A program made the position numbers and the translations under genes. From NCBI GenBank assembly GCA_003154195.1, contig PMCS01000008.1:15366-79365 (forward strand): a stretch of DNA of 64,000 nt. The letters are read 5' to 3'. This document shows positions 56,961 to 64,000 of the stretch, piece by piece; within the stretch, counting starts at the first letter, position 1, and each line of letters begins with the position of its first letter. Source of the DNA: Candidatus Omnitrophota bacterium. GTDB taxonomy: Bacteria; Omnitrophota; Gorgyraeia; Duberdicusellales; 4484-171. The notes under the pieces were generated by a model. The model saw nothing but the letters and a program-made list of their open reading frames with translations. It did no database searches and was not told the origin of the DNA.

Positions 56961-58199
56961 TTATTTATATTCTTTCAGCAGGATTGTAGCGTTATGGCCG
57001 CCAAACCCCAAGGAGTTGGACAAAGCAATTTTTAAATCGAATTCAATTGCTTTATTGGGAACGTAATTTAAATCGCATTCGGGATCGGGGTTTTCATAAT
57101 TTATCGTGGGGGGAATAACCTTATTCTTGATCGCCATGCAACAAACAATCGCTTCAATCGCCCCGGCCGCGCCTAAGGTATGCCCCATCATTGACTTGGT
57201 AGAACTTATGTAAATATTTTTTGCGTTATCGCCGAAAACTCTCTTTATCGCCTTTGTCTCGATCTTATCATTTAACTCGGTGCTCGTGCCGTGCGCGTTG
57301 ATATAAACTTTTTCTCTCGGGGATACCTCCGCTTCCTCCAAAGCCAATTCTATTCCCTTCGCGGCCGAAATCGCCGTCGGGTCAGGCGCGGTGATATGAT
57401 ACGCGTCACACGTCGCGCCGAAACCGGCGAATTCCGCCCAAATTCGCGCGCCTCTTTTTAAGGCGTGTTCGAGTTCTTCAAAAACTAGTATACCGGCTCC
57501 TTCCGCCATGATGAAACCGTCTCTATCACGGTCAAACGGCCGGCAGGCTCTCGAAGGCTCGTCATTTCTAGTCGAAAGGGCCCGGGCGGAACAAAAACCC
57601 GCAACCCCTAAGGGTGTTATCGCCGCTTCGGTTCCGCCGCATACCATTATGTCGGCCTTGCCGGATTTTATCAGGCTATACGCCTCACAAACCGCATGGG
57701 CACCGGAAGCACAGGCAGTAACCGTACAAAAATTGATGCCTTTTAATCCAAATTGTATCGCCACCCATCCGGCCGCCTGGTTAGTAATCAGCATCGGGAT
57801 GAGAAACGGGGAAACCCGCGAAGGCCCTTTCCCTAAAAGAACCTTGTGCTCCCGTTCGATAATATCCATACAGCCGATACCCGAACCGATAACCACGCCG
57901 ATGCGAAAAGGATCAAGCTTAGCTAAATCAAGTTTGCTGTCCAGCAACGCTTCTTCGGCGGCTTTTAACGCGAATTGGATAAACCGCGGGGCACGACGAA
58001 CTTCTTTGGGGGAAAGAAACGCGGGCGGAACAAAATCATTAACTTCGCCGGCAATTCGGGAATCAAACCCGGCAGGGTCAAACTGAGTAATCGGACCGAT
58101 GCCGTTTTTACCCTTGATAAGAGAATCCCAAAACGCAACCTGTCCTGTACCTACGGAAGAAACAAGACCGCAGCCTGTTATAACTACCCGTCTTTTCAT
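56961..58199 (-). CDS. fabF: 3-oxoacyl-ACP synthase II
   Basis: TACASG, NAHGTST, KSMMGH, SNSLGFGG; start moved to ATG 58199. Confidence 0.96.
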   Translation of the reverse strand: MKRRVVITGCGLVSSVGTGQVAFWDSLIKGKNGIGPITQFDPAGFDSRIAGEVNDFVPPAFLSPKEVRRAPRFIQFALKAAEEALLDSKLDLAKLDPFRIGVVIGSGIGCMDIIEREHKVLLGKGPSRVSPFLIPMLITNQAAGWVAIQFGLKGINFCTVTACASGAHAVCEAYSLIKSGKADIMVCGGTEAAITPLGVAGFCSARALSTRNDEPSRACRPFDRDRDGFIMAEGAGILVFEELEHALKRGARIWAEFAGFGATCDAYHITAPDPTAISAAKGIELALEEAEVSPREKVYINAHGTSTELNDKIETKAIKRVFGDNAKNIYISSTKSMMGHTLGAAGAIEAIVCCMAIKNKVIPPTINYENPDPECDLNYVPNKAIEFDLKIALSNSLGFGGHNATILLKEYK

Positions 58200-58221
58200 T
58201 AGAAGCTTACTCTCGCTTATT

Positions 58222-58458
58222 TTACTTTTTGGCCTTTGTTTCGATGTATTTAACCGCTTCACCGACGGTAGTTATTTTTTCCGCATCTTCATCGGGAATT
58301 TCTACGCCGAATTCCTCCTCCAGAGCCATCACCACTTCTACGGTATCAAGAGAATCGGCGCCTAAATCGTCAATAAAAGAGCTCTCTTGTTTTATTTCTT
58401 CTTTTTTCACGCCCAACTGCTCGGAAATAATATCCTTAACTCTGTCTTCAACGCTCAT
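58222..58458 (-). CDS. acpP: Acyl carrier protein
   Basis: [11 protein letters not shown]. Confidence 0.98.
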   Translation of the reverse strand: MSVEDRVKDIISEQLGVKKEEIKQESSFIDDLGADSLDTVEVVMALEEEFGVEIPDEDAEKITTVGEAVKYIETKAKK

Positions 58459-58505
58459 TGATGACCTCCTTGTGTAATATGTTTCGTATTATCATATTCT
58501 TTACC

Positions 58506-58564
58506 ATTGCAAATTGAACATTTACCATTTTAAAATGATACTTGTCCAATGTTAAATTTAAAAT
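58506..58564. repeat. Bracket family C, short copy (acpP/fabG junction)
   Basis: aaattgaacatttaccattttaaaatgatacttgtccaatgttaaatttaaaat. Confidence 0.85.
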
Positions 58565-58576
58565 TATTATTAACCG

Positions 58577-59311
58577 TTATACCATTCCCCCGTCTACCAA
58601 TAATACCTGCCCCGTAATATAATCGGCGTCGCGGGATGCTAAAAACGCTACCGCATTTGCCACATCCACCGGCTCGCCTAATTTAGCCAGAGGAATCCTT
58701 TTCAGCATCTCCTCTTTTACTTTTTGGTCAAGCTTATCGGTCATCGCTGTTTTTATATATCCGGGAGCAACAGCGTTGACGTTAATATTCCTTGAGCCCA
58801 ACTCTTTTGCCAATGATTTAGTAATACCAATCAAGCCGGCTTTGGAAGCCGCGTAATTAACCTGACCGGCATTGCCCATCACTCCTATCACCGATGAAAT
58901 ATTGATAATCTTTCCGTAGCGCTGTTTAACCATATATTTGATAACCGCTTTCGCGCAGTTAAACGCGCCCTTCAGATTAACCGCGATAACCTTATCCCAA
59001 TCGCTTTCGCTCATTCTCAAGATAAGGCCGTCTCGCGTAATACCCGCATTGTTTACTAATATATCAACTCTCGTCCAGTTGTCAATAATTTTATTGATAT
59101 TTTTCTCGACTTCTCCCAGATTGGTAACATCAACCTTATAGCCCTCGGCCGCGGTAAGCTCTTTCAATTCGTTAACCGTGGCCGCCAGAATTTCATCATT
59201 AACGTCAAAAATGATTACTTTCGCCTTCTCTTTCGCGAATAAAAAAGCTATTTCTCTGCCGATTCCCTGGGCGCCGCCGGTAACCACGGCTACTTTATCC
59301 TGAAAGCGCAT
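58577..59311 (-). CDS. fabG: 3-oxoacyl-ACP reductase
   Basis: TGGAQGIG, NNAGITRD, YAASK. Confidence 0.96.
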   Translation of the reverse strand: MRFQDKVAVVTGGAQGIGREIAFLFAKEKAKVIIFDVNDEILAATVNELKELTAAEGYKVDVTNLGEVEKNINKIIDNWTRVDILVNNAGITRDGLILRMSESDWDKVIAVNLKGAFNCAKAVIKYMVKQRYGKIINISSVIGVMGNAGQVNYAASKAGLIGITKSLAKELGSRNINVNAVAPGYIKTAMTDKLDQKVKEEMLKRIPLAKLGEPVDVANAVAFLASRDADYITGQVLLVDGGMV

Positions 59312-59322
59312 AATTTCTCCTT

Positions 59323-59405
59323 ATTTTAAATTGAACATTGAGCATTTGTCATTTTAAATTTGTGAAAAACGATAAATGCTCAATGCCAAATGATAAATTT
59401 AAAAT
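59323..59405. repeat. Bracket family C (fabG/fabD junction)
   Basis: attttaaattgaacattgagcatttgtc ... gataaatgctcaatgccaaatgataaatttaaaat. Confidence 0.88.
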
Positions 59406-59423
59406 GAATCAATCTTTAGTTTA

Positions 59424-60320
59424 TCACAGCGCTTCGATATCTTCCTTCTTTTCTATATTAACGACCTTGATCTCCGGGTTAATCTTACGAATAAGCCCTT
59501 TCAGAATTTTAGACGGGCCAATCTCATACATCATGCTGACGCCGCGGCTTACCATAAAATCCACGCAGTCTTTCCAAAGCACCGGCGAAGTCAACTGCTC
59601 GATAAGGTTTCGCTTGATCTCATCTTTATCGGTATGGGCTTTAGCCGTAAAATTGCTCACAATCGGTATTTTTGCGTCATTAAACGCAAGGGAATCGATA
59701 ACTTTTTGCAGACGAACGCGGGCAGGCAGGATGAAGGGGGAATGAAACCCTCCGCTGACTTCCAGTTCTACCACTTTAGCCCCCATGCCCTCAAGCAAAG
59801 ATTTAATCTTAGCTATGTTTTCTCTCTTCAATGATATAACGATCTGCTGCCCGGAATTGATATTGGCAAGATAAAAACCCACCTGTTTGCTCTTTTCTTC
59901 CAACGCGGCGCGGTCAATGCCCATAACGGCAAGCATGCCGGAATGGGAATTCTGCGCCGCCTCCTGCATCGCCAATGCCCTTTCTTTTACTAATCGCAAA
60001 AGGTCGTCAAGATTTAAAACATCGGCCGCGTACAAACAAGTATACTCGCCCAGGCTCAAACCGGAAAGATAATCGATTTTTATATTTTTTTCCCGGAACA
60101 ACTCGTAAGTAACCACGCAAACCGATAAAATAGCTAATTGCTGATAGTACGTCTGCTTAAGTTCCTGTTCGCTGCCGTTGGAGCAAACCTTAGAGATACC
60201 GATATCCAATACCTTATCAATGCGACAGAGCAACTCTTTAGCCCGGGGGTAGTGATCAAAGATATTCTGCCCCATTCCTTTATATTGGGCGCCCTGCCCG
60301 GGAAAAACTATCGCGTTCAT
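59424..60320 (-). CDS. fabD: Malonyl-CoA:ACP transacylase
   Basis: FPGQGAQ, GLSLGEY, VSGGFHS. Confidence 0.96.
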   Translation of the reverse strand: MNAIVFPGQGAQYKGMGQNIFDHYPRAKELLCRIDKVLDIGISKVCSNGSEQELKQTYYQQLAILSVCVVTYELFREKNIKIDYLSGLSLGEYTCLYAADVLNLDDLLRLVKERALAMQEAAQNSHSGMLAVMGIDRAALEEKSKQVGFYLANINSGQQIVISLKRENIAKIKSLLEGMGAKVVELEVSGGFHSPFILPARVRLQKVIDSLAFNDAKIPIVSNFTAKAHTDKDEIKRNLIEQLTSPVLWKDCVDFMVSRGVSMMYEIGPSKILKGLIRKINPEIKVVNIEKKEDIEAL

Positions 60321-60500
60321 AATTTATTTTTTGCCGTACAAAAAATAAATTCTACCCGCTTCGCCCCGATGCGCCTGAATATCGCGAAAATATCTTCTCA
60401 GACATTTTCGCAAAGCTTTCGGGACTTCACTTACCCCGTTAGAAATTACATTTCTAACGGGGCTTACGCTTCGCGGATAAAAAAGTATTTTTTAATTGGG

Positions 60501-61484
60501 TTACGCCCAGCGTATCGCACAGCTTCCCCATACCAGCCCCGCGCCAAACGCGTCAAGCAACACAATATCATCTTTGCGGATTCTGCCTTCCTCCCACGCT
60601 TCGCACAAGGCGACTACGGTAGAAGCGGAAGACATATTGCCGTAACGAGCGATGTTCACATAAATCCGGTTAGCGGGAACTTCGAGCCTCGCCGCCACGG
60701 CGTTGATAATGCGCTCGTTCGCCTGATGCGGGATTAGAATACTTACCTCTTTCTGCGACAAACCCGCCCCGTCAAGCGCTTTCTGCGCGGCATCGACCAT
60801 AACCCTGACAGCAACTTTAAAAAGTTCGTTGCCTTTCATTTTTATCGTATGCAGCTTTTTTTCCACTGTTTCTTTTGTAGCAACCATACGCGAGCCGCCG
60901 GCCGGCACGATAAGCATCTCCGCTTCCGCCCCGTCGCTGCCCAGGTAGGCGCTTAAAATCCCTTCTTTGGCCGGGCAATCAGTCAATACCACGGCTCCCG
61001 CGCCGTCGCCGAATAAGACACAAGTAGAACGGTCGCTCCAGTCGGTAATCGATGACATCACCTCGCTGCCCACAACCAAGGCATTCTTATACAAACCGCC
61101 CTTGATGAATTGCCAAGCCGCGGTCAACGCGTAAATAAACCCCGCGCAAGCGGCAGAAACATCAAAACAAGCGGCTTTTTTAGCTTTCAGGAAATTTTGC
61201 AAGTGGCAAGCAGTAGAAGGAAATTGGTTATCGGGAGTAATTGTCGCCACGATAATTAAATCTAAGTCGGCGGGTTTGATCCCGGCGTTCTTTATCGCGA
61301 TTTTGCTTGCCTCGAAGGCGAGAACCGACGCGCCCTCGTTTTTGTGGGCAAGATGCCTTTCCTTGATACCGGTACGCGTAGTAATCCACTCATCACTGGT
61401 ATCAACCATCTTTTCTAAATCAAAATTAGTCAGGATTTTAGGCGGCAAGTATTTGCCTAACCCGATTATCTTGGCAGACTTCAT
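60501..61484 (-). CDS. fabH: 3-oxoacyl-ACP synthase III
   Basis: DTSDEWI, AACAGF, HQAN, GNMSSAS. Confidence 0.97.
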   Translation of the reverse strand: MKSAKIIGLGKYLPPKILTNFDLEKMVDTSDEWITTRTGIKERHLAHKNEGASVLAFEASKIAIKNAGIKPADLDLIIVATITPDNQFPSTACHLQNFLKAKKAACFDVSAACAGFIYALTAAWQFIKGGLYKNALVVGSEVMSSITDWSDRSTCVLFGDGAGAVVLTDCPAKEGILSAYLGSDGAEAEMLIVPAGGSRMVATKETVEKKLHTIKMKGNELFKVAVRVMVDAAQKALDGAGLSQKEVSILIPHQANERIINAVAARLEVPANRIYVNIARYGNMSSASTVVALCEAWEEGRIRKDDIVLLDAFGAGLVWGSCAIRWA

Positions 61485-62481
61485 CGATTTTTCTTTTGAT
61501 TTCCGCGTTAAGGTCTTGTTTCAATTCTTTCGCCGCTACCTTAATCGCATTTTTGACGGCCTTAGCGTTGGAACGCCCGTGTCCTTCGATGACAATACCG
61601 TCTATACCCAAAAGCGGCGCGCCGCCGGTTTCGGCGTAATCCAACTTTTTCTTAAACTCGCTCAAATTACCCCTCATCATCAAATACCCTAATATACCCA
61701 GCAAATTCTTCCTGGCTGCGGCGGAAAATGACTTCACAATAAAATCCGCGCAAGACTCGGAAACCTTTAAGGCGATATTTCCCATCACGCCGTCGCAAAC
61801 CACGCAATCACATTCGCCGGAGAATACGTTTTTAGCTTCAATATTCCCCATAAAATTCAAAGGAGCCACGGAAAATATTTTATGGGTTGTTTTATAAAGG
61901 TCGGTACCCTTTGATTCCTCCTCTCCGATATTAAGAATACCTACGGTAGGATTGCCCTTACCAAGGACTAATCGAGAGTACACCGAAGCCATCGCGCCAT
62001 ATTGTAAAAGGTGCAGGGGCTTGCAATCAATATTTGCGCCGACATCAATAATAAGAGAAACGCCTTTTTTCGTAGGTATCGTAATAGCGATACCCGGTCG
62101 TTCTACTCCTTCAATCAAACCAACAATCAAAGTAGAAGCGCACACCATCGCTCCGGTATTGCCGCAAGAAACAAAAGCATCAATCTTTTTATCGCGCAGC
62201 ATGGCCGCGCCGATTGCAATCGATGAATCTTTTTTCTTGCGCACGGTGACCGCCGGAGACTCTTCCATGCCTATTTTATCCGGAGCATGGACTATCTCGA
62301 AATTACTTAAGTCAACGCGATGTTTGCGGGCTTCTTCCACAATCTCTTGCTGAACGCCGATCAGAACAAACTTGTCATGAATTTCCCGGGAAGCCAGCAT
62401 CGCGCCTTCGAAAACAGCGCCCGGAGCGTTATCTCCGCCCGAAATATCAATCCCTATCCTATACCCCATAGCGATCTCCAC
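61438..62481 (-). CDS. plsX: Phosphate acyltransferase
   Basis: GGDNAP, GNTGA, NIGEEESKG, HGRS. Confidence 0.96.
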   Translation of the reverse strand: MEIAMGYRIGIDISGGDNAPGAVFEGAMLASREIHDKFVLIGVQQEIVEEARKHRVDLSNFEIVHAPDKIGMEESPAVTVRKKKDSSIAIGAAMLRDKKIDAFVSCGNTGAMVCASTLIVGLIEGVERPGIAITIPTKKGVSLIIDVGANIDCKPLHLLQYGAMASVYSRLVLGKGNPTVGILNIGEEESKGTDLYKTTHKIFSVAPLNFMGNIEAKNVFSGECDCVVCDGVMGNIALKVSESCADFIVKSFSAAARKNLLGILGYLMMRGNLSEFKKKLDYAETGGAPLLGIDGIVIEGHGRSNAKAVKNAIKVAAKELKQDLNAEIKRKIDEVCQDNRVRQILAA

Positions 62482-62498
62482 GATATAGTTTCATGTCA

Positions 62499-62705
62499 TT
62501 AGCTTGCTTTCTTTTTATCTTTTTTATCGAATTCGACCTTGACTACTTCACGGGAAGCATAATACCCGCAAAAAGGACAAATCATATGCGCCGGCTTAAG
62601 CTTACGGCATTGCTTGCATTCAACCAAAAGGGGAACGGCTATTTTATAATGAGTTAACCTTTTAGCCGAACGCGCGTGAGAATGTCTGCGTTTTGGATGC
62701 GCCAT
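62499..62705 (-). CDS. rpmF: 50S ribosomal protein L32
   Basis: MAHPKRRHS..R, CKQC...H..CPFCGYY; start at ATG 62705 after AGGAG. Confidence 0.95.
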   Translation of the reverse strand: MAHPKRRHSHARSAKRLTHYKIAVPLLVECKQCRKLKPAHMICPFCGYYASREVVKVEFDKKDKKKAS

Positions 62706-62747
62706 ATTATCTCCTTTTGTTTTTTGCTTCGCGAAAAAACAAATCAA

Positions 62748-63248
62748 TTATTGTTTTGTTTTTTTCTTACCCTTGCGCCGCGGCAATACCCCCGCCACGG
62801 AAATCGTAAATTTTTGCCGTTTGACGGCGCTGTCATTTTTTTCAATACAGGCGCACTCTTGATTATTCAAATCTACGCCGCATTCAGGACAGATGCCCTT
62901 GCAATCGGGCTTACATAAAACTTTCATGGGAAAATCAAGAAGCAATTCTTCCCGGACATCTTTATCGACCTCAAGGTATTCGCCTAAACCGACGGCATCG
63001 TAAGATAACTCGAAATTTTTATTTATTTTTTGCTCTACTTCTTTTAAGCACCGGGAACAAGTAATAAGCCGGTTCAATGTTACACGAATATCGACGAGAA
63101 TTTCTTTATCGATTTTACAAAAATCGCCTACAAGACGGATGTTTTTTAAAAATTTGATATCGAAACTATCGATGTCCCAGTTTCCTGCCGGGATATCTTC
63201 GCATATGCGCAATGGTTCTCTTTTTATCTTATCTACTTCTATTTTCAT
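62748..63248 (-). CDS. DUF177/YceD family protein
   Basis: CSRCL, PMKVLC..DCKGICPECG; upstream of rpmF. Confidence 0.92.
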   Translation of the reverse strand: MKIEVDKIKREPLRICEDIPAGNWDIDSFDIKFLKNIRLVGDFCKIDKEILVDIRVTLNRLITCSRCLKEVEQKINKNFELSYDAVGLGEYLEVDKDVREELLLDFPMKVLCKPDCKGICPECGVDLNNQECACIEKNDSAVKRQKFTISVAGVLPRRKGKKKTKQ

Positions 63249-63310
63249 ATTATTTTTTGCTGCGCAAAAAATAATTTATATATTTTTTGTTTTCGAAAAG
63301 CCGGGAAACG

Positions 63311-63790
63311 TTATTTGCGCATTCTTTTGGCTAACGCCTTCTGAACCGCTACCGGTAAAAATTGTTTTAGCTCCGCGCCCAGGCTGCCGGCTTCTTTAAT
63401 CAACCGCGAAGAAATATAGGAATATTGCGGATGGGGCATCAAAAAGATAGTCTCAACCCCGGGATCAAGGCTCCTGTTGGTAAGAGCCATTTGGAATTCA
63501 TACTCAAAATCGGAAAGCATTCTTAAACCCCGTATGATAACTTTAGCGTTATTTTTACGGGCAAAATCAACGACCAGGCCGTCAAAGCTAACAACTTTTA
63601 TGCCTTTCACATCCTTAAGCGCGTTTTTTGCCAACGCAAAACGTTCCGGAAAAGCGAAAAGAGGGTTTTTAAAAGAATTCTTAGCCACAGCCACGATTAC
63701 TTCATCAAATATAGACGCAGCGCGCTTAATGATATCAATGTGGCCGTTGGTAATCGGGTCAAATGTCCCCGGACAAAGTGCTTTAGGCAT
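63311..63790 (-). CDS. coaD: Phosphopantetheine adenylyltransferase
   Basis: PGTFDPITNGH, RGLR..SDFEYE, ISSR. Confidence 0.97.
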   Translation of the reverse strand: MPKALCPGTFDPITNGHIDIIKRAASIFDEVIVAVAKNSFKNPLFAFPERFALAKNALKDVKGIKVVSFDGLVVDFARKNNAKVIIRGLRMLSDFEYEFQMALTNRSLDPGVETIFLMPHPQYSYISSRLIKEAGSLGAELKQFLPVAVQKALAKRMRK

Positions 63791-63803
63791 AGTTTTAAAA
63801 AAC

Positions 63804-63925
63804 GGTTAGGGTAATGGTAAGGAAGCCTGTTTGGGTTATGGTAAAGGTTATGGCTGAAAATTCGTATCAGCCCTGGCCATTGCCTTAACCCAAACCGGCT
63901 TCATAGCCCTAACCCTGACCTTAAC
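63804..63925. repeat. Bracket family B, copy upstream of coaD
   Basis: ggttag-ggtaat-ggtaag ... ccttaa-cccaaa ... ccctaa-ccctga-ccttaa. Confidence 0.85.
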
Positions 63926-64000
63926 TCTATTTAAAAAGAAATTTCTCTAATCCTGAAACTACTTCCTATATATAAGAAGCAGGGTCTGGCCGTATTTTCG

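Noticed and set aside
57508-58086. Long plus-strand ORFs (also 4834-5472, 19103-19645, 60138-60737)
   Set aside because: Antisense shadows of well-supported minus-strand genes, with no recognisable motifs.
61438-61484. plsX/fabH 47-bp overlap (also ftsI/murE, truB/ribF) as a frameshift or pseudogene sign
   Set aside because: Both proteins are full-length with intact motifs; short overlaps are common in this window.
63804-63925. Telomere-like TTAGGG/CCCTAA hexamers
   Set aside because: Only isolated matches within a degenerate inverted 6-nt bracket also found at 21342-21597; internal bacterial context.

Overview
Bacterial chromosomal core region, probably PVC superphylum / Ca. Omnitrophota (inferred from gene content). 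It holds about 67 credible CDSs, all on the minus strand. In transcription order: coaD-yceD-rpmF-plsX-fabH-fabD-fabG-acpP-fabF, leuC-leuD-leuB-asd-truA, a small AT-rich island (orphan integron-like cassette with attC, then MNT-HEPN), xerD-cca-rbfA-nrnA-truB-ribF, a dcw cluster from mraZ to ftsA without ftsZ, an HD-GYP pair, metF, an Rrf2-hcp operon, an ABC exporter, amidase-murI, queD-queC-crtI-like-queE, split class I fumarase, and an accessory patch around rph ending in vapBC. No tRNA, rRNA, CRISPR array or transposase was seen. The most striking signal is non-coding. More than 20 gene junctions, many inside core operons, carry 'bracket' elements: a left arm of short-period (6-10 nt) tandem repeats facing its reverse-complement right arm. 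These fall into many sequence families. They nest inside each other, stack as unpaired arms around accessory genes, bracket at least one AT-rich cargo gene, supply stop codons, and are interrupted by GC-rich micro-palindromes. All alignments were done by eye and no database searches were run. Several start codons were moved from the ORF track.
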